This document shows, in pieces, positions 44,851-54,012 of a DNA stretch of 64,000 nucleotides. Below the pieces are notes generated by a model. That model worked only from the letters and a program-made list of their open reading frames with translations, did no database searches and was not told where the DNA came from. A program made the position numbers and the translations under genes. This DNA is from a virus: positions 75,835 to 139,834 of the IMG/VR virus record IMGVR_UViG_3300013114_000583; one strand, 5' to 3'. Position 1 is the stretch's first letter. Every line of letters starts with the position of its first letter.

Positions 44851-46440
44851 CTAACCCTTAAATAACCAAGGAAACTGTTCTATGTTCCTCTTGTGAGCCT
44901 TCGCCGCGTCCGTGATTGAATCAGTGGTTTTATATCCCGACATTCCTTTTATAGAAGTGTTTAAAACGCTGGAGCTTTTTGTTATGCTTTCCAAGAAGGC
45001 TTTTCTATATTCTACACTCTTTTTGTTTTCTGTTAAAGCAGTATCTCTAACCCAACAACCAATCGCCAAAGCCATTATTAAATCATCATTGTATGATCTC
45101 ATCGCTTCTGGTCTTCCATGATTCCATATAAAAGTCTTCATCTCGGAATAAATTCTCCTAGAATACAACGTAATTAGTTTATTGCGAACGAATTCTTCTA
45201 ACTTCGATATTATTATTGGTCTCGTTTTTTGCGACATAGTAAAACCAGCAACCGCATTACTCTGCTGTTCACCAAGGTATTGCTCAACGTATTCATGTGT
45301 TGATTTTATTGAATAATATAAATTAGGGTATTCAAACTCCACCAATTTATCTAAAACTGCAAAACCGACAGAATTGTTCTCAACCACAAGCAGAGCTTCG
45401 TTATATTCTAAAGCAACATCATATAAAATTCTAGAAAAAATATCAGGTGTAATTTTTCCCCTATATTCCGACACCACTTCCATGGTAGATAATTTAAAAA
45501 CTAAAAATACCGAATAATCTTTTCCGTCGCCGCGGGCCACGTCTGCAGATATCAAATAATCTTCACCGGATATTGAAGGTTCCCATATCCAGTTATTTCT
45601 ATCAAAACCCGTTCTATACTTTGGATCTTTTAAGGTTTCATGTATGCTCTCTAAATCATCTGGGTGAAAGACTGTTTCTCCCGACATATTAAAGTTACAC
45701 TCAAGCTCTTGCGCGATCTCGCGGCGTGACATGTTTTTGGTTTCTTTCGCATACCACTCGTTATCGCGGTCGGGGTGTACGTCCCAAGTCAACCTCATGG
45801 GTCGAAAATCATTAGAGCCTTCGACAGACTCAACATAGTTTCTGTGAAACCAATTCCCAACACCATTAGGTGTGCTAAGAGCAATACATCGCCCACCCGT
45901 AGATAAAGTGGGATATAAGCCAACCCACAACTCATCCAAGCCTTCGACGTGTGCGGCCTCGTCTATAACTAACAAAGAAAGAGCTTCTGAACGACCAGCG
46001 TCACCAGAGGTTGATGAAGCCTTTATTTGAGACCCGTTCGAAAGTTCAAACGAAGCTCTGTTATCTATCTCCACTTTTGTTATATTTATCCATTCTGGTA
46101 GGTTTTTAATTATTGCCTTAACCTTTTTTACTAAATTTGCCGCGGTGGAAAATTTAGTTGCAATAACTAAAACATTTTTTTCCCTATGAAAGATCATAAG
46201 CCACGCTATGTAGGCCGCAGTTATAGTTGAAATACCAAGTTGGCGGGCCTTCAGAATTATATTAAACCTATTAGATTGAAAATAGTTTATCGCTTCTTCT
46301 TGAAAGTCATAAAGCTTAAAAGGTATGAGGCCGCGCTGGGGATGGGTTATTTTAGCGTAAGTGTTTATAAAATATGCCGGGTCCTTGCCGCATCGAAGCA
46401 GCTCCTTCATGACCTGCTTCCTGTCTAAGAGGGGATCCAT
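44851..46440 (-). CDS. Terminase large subunit (gp17-like)
   Basis: 'LKARQLGIST', Walker B 'LLVIDEAAH', 'STPNG', 'QELECNF', nuclease 'ADVARGDGKDYS' and 'NDDLIMA'. Confidence 0.95.
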   Translation of the reverse strand: MDPLLDRKQVMKELLRCGKDPAYFINTYAKITHPQRGLIPFKLYDFQEEAINYFQSNRFNIILKARQLGISTITAAYIAWLMIFHREKNVLVIATKFSTAANLVKKVKAIIKNLPEWINITKVEIDNRASFELSNGSQIKASSTSGDAGRSEALSLLVIDEAAHVEGLDELWVGLYPTLSTGGRCIALSTPNGVGNWFHRNYVESVEGSNDFRPMRLTWDVHPDRDNEWYAKETKNMSRREIAQELECNFNMSGETVFHPDDLESIHETLKDPKYRTGFDRNNWIWEPSISGEDYLISADVARGDGKDYSVFLVFKLSTMEVVSEYRGKITPDIFSRILYDVALEYNEALLVVENNSVGFAVLDKLVEFEYPNLYYSIKSTHEYVEQYLGEQQSNAVAGFTMSQKTRPIIISKLEEFVRNKLITLYSRRIYSEMKTFIWNHGRPEAMRSYNDDLIMALAIGCWVRDTALTENKKSVEYRKAFLESITKSSSVLNTSIKGMSGYKTTDSITDAAKAHKRNIEQFPWLFKG

Positions 46441-47033
46441 TATTTCCTTATGCCAAAACTCATCTTGTTGGGATTAAAGGGGTCAGACTTAACAGTGGGC
46501 GCGTCATCATTTTTCGCTTTTTTATCCGTCGCCAAAGAAAGAAAATCCTCCGTGGCTTTTATCAGAGGGTCTTTGCCGCGGCCAGTGTCAGGATCTTCCA
46601 CTTCCGATAAGGACCCCACAGTATAATGTTGTTTTGCCAAAATCTGAACTCGTATTCTAGAAATGGGATTAACCTCCACTAAGACCTCTCCCTGTTTTTT
46701 TAAAGAAAGAGACTTGCCCGTGTTCTTCCTAAACTGCTTTTCTATAAATGATTTAACTTCTGAGATTGTTTGTTCTATATCTGATTCAAAATTTTTATTA
46801 TGAACCGACTTCATAGACTGTTCTTCAATATGATAAGAAAGGCAGACTCTGTCTCCACCGTACATTTTTACATTAAATCCGTCTATTACTCTCGAATCTA
46901 AAATGTTGTGACCCTCTTCTCTTCTTAGGCCAATTTTGACTGGCTTTCCTTCTCGATCATAAGCCCCATCATAACACAACTCTCCCAACACTTGAGACAA
47001 CCCGTTTAGCACATTTAAAGTTTCTAATGACAT
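46440..47033 (-). CDS. Hypothetical protein
   Basis: 197-aa ORF coupled to the terminase start (TAATG overlap). Confidence 0.65.
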   Translation of the reverse strand: MSLETLNVLNGLSQVLGELCYDGAYDREGKPVKIGLRREEGHNILDSRVIDGFNVKMYGGDRVCLSYHIEEQSMKSVHNKNFESDIEQTISEVKSFIEKQFRKNTGKSLSLKKQGEVLVEVNPISRIRVQILAKQHYTVGSLSEVEDPDTGRGKDPLIKATEDFLSLATDKKAKNDDAPTVKSDPFNPNKMSFGIRK

Positions 47034-47035
47034 TT

Positions 47036-47410
47036 TTATTCCCCTTTTGGTCGCCAGCCATCTTGCCAGCGCTTTTCTCTAAATTCTACGAACTTTACGA
47101 AACATGTCTTGCAGCAATCAAATTTTATAAAATACATTTTATTAAAAATCTTCGGTTTGTAGAAACCACATACATTACAATATTTTTTTTTGTTCAAATT
47201 AATTAGTTTTTCTGAAACTAAAAAACCATTATGTTCTTTTCTTCTTCTTTCTTTGCTGACGGCCGAAGTGGAAAGAGCTTTCAAATCTTGCAAATATTTC
47301 TTTTCTTTTTCTGGGCACCACAGACCTTTAGGATTAACTATTGTTTTTTCACCATACTTTTCGGCTATTGCCCTCTCCAACTTAAAAGCGTAATCAGGAT
47401 CTTCATTCAT
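47036..47410 (-). CDS. Hypothetical protein with CxxC...CCxxC putative Zn finger
   Basis: 'YCNVCG..FDCCKTCFVKF'. Confidence 0.65.
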   Translation of the reverse strand: MNEDPDYAFKLERAIAEKYGEKTIVNPKGLWCPEKEKKYLQDLKALSTSAVSKERRRKEHNGFLVSEKLINLNKKKYCNVCGFYKPKIFNKMYFIKFDCCKTCFVKFVEFREKRWQDGWRPKGE

Positions 47411-47876
47411 GATTTATTGCCAACACTATTCCAGTAGTGAGCAAGACACCAGCAACAAAGCCTCCTGAAGCCCACCAAATCGTATAATCGTTTGGTCTCT
47501 TGAGGGCCGCGGCCGTGAGCTTTTTTATTTCTTCGTCTTTTATCAAAATAATTTTATTATATTGGGTTGTAAGTGTCTCAACTCTCAATTTTAAATTAGA
47601 AATTTGAAACTCACTCTTTATTTTTTGGCGCTCTGCTTCATATTTTAATTTAAGTTTACAAATGGCGCGTTGTCTTGCAGGAGCAGTAATTAAAACGGCA
47701 TTAGCCTCGGAGTCATAGCACCAAGCTCCGCCATGGATGCTGCGGTCTGGGATGCCTTCTTCAATATACGTAAAAGATCCAGGGTCTATTAAATAAGTCT
47801 CTGCGGGAAGTAACTGCGCATATGCAAAAAGTGGTATGATGCACAAAAAAGCACAAAGAAAAATCCTATTCCACAA
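47403..47876 (-). CDS. Exported coiled-coil protein with C-terminal TM helix (possible spanin/lysis accessory)
   Basis: Likely start TTG 47876 gives a signal peptide (WNRIFLCAFLCIIPLFAYA); coiled coil; C-terminal TM 'WWASGGFVAGVLLTTGIVLAI' (ORF track start 47945). Confidence 0.55.
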   Translation of the reverse strand: MWNRIFLCAFLCIIPLFAYAQLLPAETYLIDPGSFTYIEEGIPDRSIHGGAWCYDSEANAVLITAPARQRAICKLKLKYEAERQKIKSEFQISNLKLRVETLTTQYNKIILIKDEEIKKLTAAALKRPNDYTIWWASGGFVAGVLLTTGIVLAINHE

Positions 47877-48270
47877 ATTTAATACCAAATTCCTTTTCAA
47901 TTCTTTTCTTGATTTCATCCGGGTTTCCTTTCGAGGCTCGAACAACCTCCTTTATCTCATTCTTTTGCGATTCTGTAAGATTCTTTTTTTCTATTGCTAA
48001 CTTTTCTTCCACATTTTCTAATGTATCTTCATATTTCTTAACCAAATTGTCTCTCATCAGGAGCTCATCACTATGCGTACTTGTCAGGACCTCTAACTGC
48101 TCTTTATGAGACTGTCTTTTCGCCTCAATAACCTCAACTAATGCATCTGTGTTTCGACGAGTCAAAACCCAGATCAACACAGACCAGGCTACTAAAAACG
48201 GAATTTGCCAGTGTTCCCTCAACCAAAGCCAAGCGCGAGAACACCAATTCCTAAATAATATCCAACTCAT
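47866..48270 (-). CDS. Membrane-anchored coiled-coil protein (i-spanin-like)
   Basis: N-terminal TM 'WQIPFLVAWSVLIWVLT' followed by a coiled coil; start ATG 48270 after AAGGA (ORF track 48291). Confidence 0.5.
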   Translation of the reverse strand: MSWILFRNWCSRAWLWLREHWQIPFLVAWSVLIWVLTRRNTDALVEVIEAKRQSHKEQLEVLTSTHSDELLMRDNLVKKYEDTLENVEEKLAIEKKNLTESQKNEIKEVVRASKGNPDEIKKRIEKEFGIKFVE

Positions 48271-48478
48271 CTTTTTCCTTTGTGGGCCCATGCTTCCACT
48301 TAACTGCCATATCTACCAAGGCTTGAGTCCCAATATAAGCCAAAGTAATAGCAGTCCAGTTATCGCTGGTAACTGTCCCATAAGCGCAGAGAAATGTTGC
48401 CGTGAGCCAAGCTAAAAATTTTCTTGATATAAATTTCTCTGTATGTTTGTCGGCAAATGCCTTTATTCTTGCCACCAT
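48251..48478 (-). CDS. Putative holin
   Basis: 75 aa, 'ISRKFLAWLTAT' followed by two short TM segments and a charged C-terminus. Confidence 0.55.
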   Translation of the reverse strand: MVARIKAFADKHTEKFISRKFLAWLTATFLCAYGTVTSDNWTAITLAYIGTQALVDMAVKWKHGPTKEKDELDII

Positions 48479-48487
48479 GTATATCTC

Positions 48488-51400
48488 CTACATATTTACG
48501 TGCGCGAAGCCATCTTTTCTTTCAATATTTATCTGCATATCAACACAATCTTTTAAACTATCTAGATGTGAAATCAATAAAACTGTTTTAAAATAGCCCT
48601 TCACCATATCTAAAATACGCACAAACCCCTCCATATTTTCCTCGTCCAAGGATGTCCCGGGTTCGTCTAATATAAACAAGTCCGATTTAGGCAAAGAAGA
48701 GACAGTCAAAAATGCCAAACGAATGGCCATCGAAGCTATGGTCTTTTCGGCTCCAGAGCCCATTTCCAAAGGACGAGGACCATATTGAGGGTGTTTTATA
48801 AAAATATCCAGCTTATCTTCGTTGTTTGTTATAAAAACCTCGAATTCCACAATATTAGTAAGAATTTTTGCAATCTCCTCGTTTATAAGCGGCAGCCTTT
48901 CCTTGATTATTTCATACGAGACGCCGCTAGGATGACAACACGTCATCAGCAAGTGATATGCAGCAAAATCATCTTTAAGCCTCTCGTATTCTCTGTGTTG
49001 CTCTAAGATATGACTAAGCTTCTGCTCCAAAGATCCATGCTCTTTGTGGAGCAGCATTATTTTGTTTTCACAAGCTTCCAACTCTAGCCTCTTTGCAGAT
49101 GCTTCTTTTGCCAAATTGTCCCTCTTCGATAATAACCCTTTGAGATTTTCAATAGATTCCTTTTTGGTTTCATACTCTTTGCTCTTGCTTTGCAGGGTTT
49201 CCAGCTCAATCTGTTTTTTAAACAACAAACTATCAGACCTCTCGATATTAAGCTGGTTTGAAGCAATAGAGTTGGCTAAGATACTCTTTCTTTCAACAAG
49301 ATGAGTATATTTTTCTATATGAGTTTCCACTTTTTCAGGCTCTAGATCGTATATTAGACTTCCCAGCTCATTAGTTCTTTCTGTAATCCCGTACAACTTC
49401 TTTTCCGTAACTTGTATCAGATCAACAGCATTGTGTGCATCCTTAATAAACTTACAAGTAGGGAACTGAGAACCGCATGGCACCTCTGACAACAAATCTT
49501 GCTTTTTTCTGTTTTCTACAATAATGTCGCTACATCTCTTCGATTCCTGAAAAGCTTTTTGCAATTCTTCCCTGTGAGAATCTATTAATTCTTTTTTTTC
49601 TTTGTACGTTGCTACCTCAAAAGTTGATAAAAAATCTTCAATCTTTTTATATTTTTCCTCACTATCCTTCAATCTTTGCAAAGATTCTGTTTTTTGCGAA
49701 GTCAGAGATAGAATGGAGGCCTGTTTTTGTGCAATTTCTCGCAAGGTTAAGATAGGATCAATAATCTCAGCAGGGACAGAGTTTATCTTTTCTTGTGTAG
49801 TTGATGAAGAATTTAAAATTTTTGAAATTTCACCCTTCAGGGAAGAGCAGATGGCCTTTTTGTTCTCTATCGAAATTTCACTCTTAACTATTTCCTTCTT
49901 TATGTTCGCGATTTCTGCTTCAAAATCAATGTCTTCCAGCCGTTTTAAAGACATTTTGGTCAAAGTAGAATCATCTTTGGCCATTTTAAACTTTTTATCA
50001 AAAATCTCTAAATCTAAAAATTTAGCCAAAAACTCTTTTCTCTTTGTGGAGCCCTCATTAATAAAAGAAAGAGAGTCCAGTTGAGAAGACATAGATGTCA
50101 TTAAGAAATCCGAGTGAGTTCCAAAATACTTTCTAATGTTTTTATCAGTGTCCTGCCTGGAAGTGCCATTTAAACTTGTTTCATTGCCAATTTCATCTTC
50201 TGTAAAAAATTCTAAATCTGTACTGGCCTCTTGCGTTTCCACGCCCTTTAGTCTTTTGACATATTTTTCTGAGGTTCTTTCTATCACAAAATTTTTATCA
50301 TGGATCTTGATGTGGGCCCGGGCCTTACAATCTTTTTTATTTTGGTTTATAACATTCAAATTTTTTCTTATTGACTTCGACGTAGTGTTGTGCAAACAAT
50401 ATAGTAAACTATCGACAATAGAAGATTTCCCAGAGTAATTTTTTCCGAACACTCCTACTATGCCCTCCAGGTTCGCAAAATTAATCTTATTGTTTTCCCC
50501 ATAATTAAACAAGTTATCCCACTCTAGCGACTCTAAGGACCAGTGAACATTTCGTAAAACATCCTCACTTTCTTCAATTTGCGTGTTATATTTTTTGTTT
50601 AAATCATAAACCTTCTTCATAACTTCTTCGGAAACTTCAAACTCTTTCAAATATTCCGCTATTAATTCTTCCTGAGTTGGGAGACTGCGCAAGTCCTTTT
50701 TTTGAATTCCGTCGGGGGCCTGAACCTTTATTTTTTGACCAGCTGCCCTATTAAGGTAGGTGACCGATTCGGGGCTATATCTATATTTAACAATATCCAC
50801 TGCTTTGCGAACTTTGTCAAGAGTAACGTTTTCCTCTGATACAATTCTTAGGCGCGCCCCTGGTGGTGGTTTCAACCTGGGTAAATTCCCTTTCTTTGTT
50901 AAAGAAAGAGTTATGAAGGGCTTCGGGTTATTTAGGCCTATGTGCTGTGCAGTAAAAGTATCTTTATCTTGTATATCCCATAATAAATACCCCTTTACTA
51001 GGGACTCACCAAAATTCTGCTGAATGGTGGAACCCGCATACCAAATCCTACCTTCCGCGTCCAATTTTTGAGTTTTATGAATATCCCCTAAAAACGCAAA
51101 ATCGAAATCGTCAAAGATATCAATACTGTGATCTCCGCCAAGAGTCCAATTCGAATCGGTTTTTGACTTGTCGATCGCCCCATGATACAAAGCTATGTTT
51201 ATTGCATCCGCATTTGTTGGTTTTACCCAGTTTTCTTCATCGAAGACGGACAAGACATTGAGACAAAAATTATTAGTTAAATGTTTTTCACCAGCATTTT
51301 TAAGTAATACTAAATTAGGTGAATTAATCGCCCTTACTATCGGAGAAATGGCATCTTGACGACTTTCGTTGCGTAAATTGCCATCATGGTTACCTAAGAT

Positions 51401-51625
51401 GATATAAGTGGGGGCAATCTCTGAAAGGTTTTCAAAAAAATCTCTGCACAAATCTACAAATTCAGGCGAAATTTGAGTTTTAGTGTGGGCAATATCACCG
51501 CAATGGATAATATAATCAACTTTTTCTTTTTTTAAAGATTCATATAGTTGTTTAAACACTTCCCTATATTCAAAGTGATATTTTAAGTTACGAATGTGCG
51601 TATCCGCAATGTGTGCGAATTTCAT
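48488..51625 (-). CDS. Fused Mre11/SbcD nuclease - Rad50/SbcC ATPase (gp47-gp46 fusion)
   Basis: Phosphoesterase motifs 'ADTH', 'CGD', 'GNHD', 'YHG', 'GDIH'; Walker A 'GKNYSGKSS'; coiled coils with central 'CGSQFPTC'; 'GSGAEK'; Walker B 'FILDEP'; 'ISH'. Confidence 0.92.
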   Translation of the reverse strand: MKFAHIADTHIRNLKYHFEYREVFKQLYESLKKEKVDYIIHCGDIAHTKTQISPEFVDLCRDFFENLSEIAPTYIILGNHDGNLRNESRQDAISPIVRAINSPNLVLLKNAGEKHLTNNFCLNVLSVFDEENWVKPTNADAINIALYHGAIDKSKTDSNWTLGGDHSIDIFDDFDFAFLGDIHKTQKLDAEGRIWYAGSTIQQNFGESLVKGYLLWDIQDKDTFTAQHIGLNNPKPFITLSLTKKGNLPRLKPPPGARLRIVSEENVTLDKVRKAVDIVKYRYSPESVTYLNRAAGQKIKVQAPDGIQKKDLRSLPTQEELIAEYLKEFEVSEEVMKKVYDLNKKYNTQIEESEDVLRNVHWSLESLEWDNLFNYGENNKINFANLEGIVGVFGKNYSGKSSIVDSLLYCLHNTTSKSIRKNLNVINQNKKDCKARAHIKIHDKNFVIERTSEKYVKRLKGVETQEASTDLEFFTEDEIGNETSLNGTSRQDTDKNIRKYFGTHSDFLMTSMSSQLDSLSFINEGSTKRKEFLAKFLDLEIFDKKFKMAKDDSTLTKMSLKRLEDIDFEAEIANIKKEIVKSEISIENKKAICSSLKGEISKILNSSSTTQEKINSVPAEIIDPILTLREIAQKQASILSLTSQKTESLQRLKDSEEKYKKIEDFLSTFEVATYKEKKELIDSHREELQKAFQESKRCSDIIVENRKKQDLLSEVPCGSQFPTCKFIKDAHNAVDLIQVTEKKLYGITERTNELGSLIYDLEPEKVETHIEKYTHLVERKSILANSIASNQLNIERSDSLLFKKQIELETLQSKSKEYETKKESIENLKGLLSKRDNLAKEASAKRLELEACENKIMLLHKEHGSLEQKLSHILEQHREYERLKDDFAAYHLLMTCCHPSGVSYEIIKERLPLINEEIAKILTNIVEFEVFITNNEDKLDIFIKHPQYGPRPLEMGSGAEKTIASMAIRLAFLTVSSLPKSDLFILDEPGTSLDEENMEGFVRILDMVKGYFKTVLLISHLDSLKDCVDMQINIERKDGFAHVNM

Positions 51626-51650
51626 TAAGGCTCCAGTATTTTACAGTACC

Positions 51651-51679
51651 ATATTAGCATACAAACAAACAAAAATCAA
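51651..51679 (-). promoter_or_regulatory. sigma70-like promoter TTGATT-N17-TAATAT with extended -10 TG
   Basis: Intergenic, about 25 nt upstream of the Mre11-Rad50 start. Confidence 0.5.
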
Positions 51680-51867
51680 GTTTTATTTGTGGCGGCGATG
51701 TGGGCTTGGACAACAGCATGAATTTTTATCAGGTCTTCGGGGCTTAAGTGTTTAATCTTCTCAATGGCCTCGGCTGCACTTTCAGACAAGTTTTCCTGTT
51801 CATCCAAAGTAAAATTAATTATCTCTTCTTTTATTATTCGTTTCAATTTTGTCTTTGATATTTTCAT
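51676..51867 (-). CDS. Small hypothetical protein, possible internal head protein
   Basis: 'MKISKTKLKRIIKEEI'; SD GAGGAG; a late-type motif CTATTTAC lies at 51907-51914. Confidence 0.6.
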   Translation of the reverse strand: MKISKTKLKRIIKEEIINFTLDEQENLSESAAEAIEKIKHLSPEDLIKIHAVVQAHIAATNKT

Positions 51868-51880
51868 TTAATGAAACTCC

Positions 51881-52807
51881 TCATTTAATTTTGTTAATTT
51901 CATAAAGTAAATAGTTATCAGAATTTATATCTGTAACTGTATTCATAAGATTTTTTACTTCATTTCTTTTCATATCACCCAAATCTCTTTTGTCTCCCAT
52001 CTTTAAAAATTTAACATCTAAGTCTATCTCTGATAAAAGTTTATATATTTTAAGCGATTTGTCATAAGCATCTGCATCCAAAGCCAAAATAACTTTTGGG
52101 CGCTCCTTATTCAATGTATTAATTAGTCTACTGTTTTCTTTTAGTGTTGAACCTAAAATAGGAATTGAATTATGGGTTTTTATGGAGTCGAACACTCCCT
52201 CCACAAGAACCACTGGTTCTTTCCAGTTTATCATATATTCATTGAACACTATGTCTTTGTTACCGATCGGGTTTTTATATTTTGGCCAAAGTTTTTTAGT
52301 AATAGACCTAGCCACAAAATAATTCAACTCCCCCGTTCTATCAAAACTAGGGATAACAACCCGGCCTGAAAACTCGCCGGAGTTGCAATATCCTATCTTC
52401 CACCTAAGGGCGTCCAAAAAGCTAAGACCACGAGACCAGAGATATCTTAAAGGCTTTGAGCAGCTCTTATCTCTTTTTAAAATTTGATAGCTATCTGGTA
52501 ACTCTAGTTTGTTTTGTGCTGGCAAGACATCGTCGAACGCAGCGTGTATATCAAAAGAACTGGTCAGGTCGGGGCCATCGAAAACACCCCATTGTACTAA
52601 AAATTCAGGGTTCACTAATTTAACAAGCTTCGAAATATTCTTACCAGAATAATCACACACCCAGCATTTAAAAACATTCTTCTCAATGTTCACAGAAAGC
52701 TTCTTCTTGTGATGCTTACACTTTGGGCATTTATAAAGCGTTTCTTTGCCATTTTGCCAACCAGTGCCCAAAAGAGTTGTCAAAATACTATTTTTTTCTG
52801 TTTCCAA
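51881..52807 (-). CDS. DNA primase (Zn finger + TOPRIM)
   Basis: 'CPKCKH..FKCWVC', 'RVVIP', TOPRIM 'VLVEGVFD' and 'LALDADA', 'DLGDM'. Confidence 0.88.
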   Translation of the reverse strand: METEKNSILTTLLGTGWQNGKETLYKCPKCKHHKKKLSVNIEKNVFKCWVCDYSGKNISKLVKLVNPEFLVQWGVFDGPDLTSSFDIHAAFDDVLPAQNKLELPDSYQILKRDKSCSKPLRYLWSRGLSFLDALRWKIGYCNSGEFSGRVVIPSFDRTGELNYFVARSITKKLWPKYKNPIGNKDIVFNEYMINWKEPVVLVEGVFDSIKTHNSIPILGSTLKENSRLINTLNKERPKVILALDADAYDKSLKIYKLLSEIDLDVKFLKMGDKRDLGDMKRNEVKNLMNTVTDINSDNYLLYEINKIK

Positions 52808-53318
52808 CGTTAAACCCAGCCTTAGCTATTATATAGCTATCCGATTTGTCATACATGCCTGGTTTTGGATTTCCATGCTTAGTATATTCTACCAGAAACA
52901 AGGGCTCTTTGTCAACAACAAACTGAAAAACCTTTTCTTTTGCGTTCTCGCCGCGCTTTATAGTAACACCCGCAGTTTTTCGAGCTGATGATGCAGCTAT
53001 CATTTCAGGCTCTTCTCCAAAAAGATCATAACATAACCAAGAAACAATACCATTAAACCTAGATAATGTAGATAATGTTTTAGCTGATGAGAAACCACTT
53101 CTAAAACTCTGCAATGATTGTTCTATGAAGATTTCATCAATATAAAATTTATCATTTATATATACCAGCTCATCTTTTATAAATTGAGCCTTTTCATACA
53201 AAGACGAAAACTTGTTTTTGTTTCTAGTGTCCCAAAACTCGTTGTAAACCATGTTACCAAAGTCATCAACAACCGTTGCGCCAGTTATACTCGTAGAAAT
53301 GTCCAAGCCCAAGATCAT
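52788..53318 (-). CDS. RuvC-like Holliday junction resolvase
   Basis: 'ILGLDISTSITG', 'IFIEQ', 'KEKV', 'DKSDSYIIA'. Confidence 0.82.
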   Translation of the reverse strand: MILGLDISTSITGATVVDDFGNMVYNEFWDTRNKNKFSSLYEKAQFIKDELVYINDKFYIDEIFIEQSLQSFRSGFSSAKTLSTLSRFNGIVSWLCYDLFGEEPEMIAASSARKTAGVTIKRGENAKEKVFQFVVDKEPLFLVEYTKHGNPKPGMYDKSDSYIIAKAGFNVGNRKK

Positions 53319-54010
53319 GCTTTTGTCATTATTTCAAAAAATCTATACATCCACTCTTCTTTTTCTTTCTCTGTTTTAGCAGTATACCACTGCCAGGCAT
53401 AAGAAGCAACTATAAAAGATATTTTATCTTCTTCTTTATTAATCAGGTCCCCAACCAAATCTATGTCTTTCTGGCCTATGTTTTCTGGAAATACGTCCAT
53501 CTTTAATGCAATGCTAAGTAATGTTCCAAAATCGCCGGCGTTCATCGCGGATTGCAAGATTGTAAATAATCGAGTTTTTCTAGTGCGATCCTTCTCCTTT
53601 TCCCCTGTTAGCTTATCAGGATGTAGCATAATCGCTAGCTTTCTAAAAAGGTTTTTATATTTATCCTCTTTTTGGGGTGGAATGGACGAGGGTCGGGGCG
53701 ACTCTTCACTGTCTTCCGGTAAAGGAGGCAGAAGTTCGTCAGAAGGGGGTAGATTAGCCTCTGGAGGCGTTTGTTGGCTCTCCTCGGTGTGATGCTCAGG
53801 CATTTGATTAGAAGCGTTTGTGCGCCTTGCTTTAAGCTCTTGCTCTTCTACCTTTCCTTTGATCTCGGGACCCAGAACCTCTAGCAACTTTTCGAACTCT
53901 ACCTTGAAATCCCTTTTGGCGATCTCAAACATTTCTTCATGTATTTCTCTTTCAATTGAAGTTGACTGATATTTCAATACTAAAGATTCATATTTCTTGG
54001 AAAAGTTCAT
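53315..54010 (-). CDS. J-domain (DnaJ-like) protein
   Basis: 'KNLFRKLAIMLHPDKL' helix II plus HPD motif, preceded by a Pro/Glu linker. Confidence 0.75.
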   Translation of the reverse strand: MNFSKKYESLVLKYQSTSIEREIHEEMFEIAKRDFKVEFEKLLEVLGPEIKGKVEEQELKARRTNASNQMPEHHTEESQQTPPEANLPPSDELLPPLPEDSEESPRPSSIPPQKEDKYKNLFRKLAIMLHPDKLTGEKEKDRTRKTRLFTILQSAMNAGDFGTLLSIALKMDVFPENIGQKDIDLVGDLINKEEDKISFIVASYAWQWYTAKTEKEKEEWMYRFFEIMTKA

Positions 54011-54012
54011 TT

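Noticed and set aside
46440-47410. Small terminase assignment for the genes upstream of the large terminase
   Set aside because: Position fits, but no gp16-like sequence features are recognisable; left as hypothetical.
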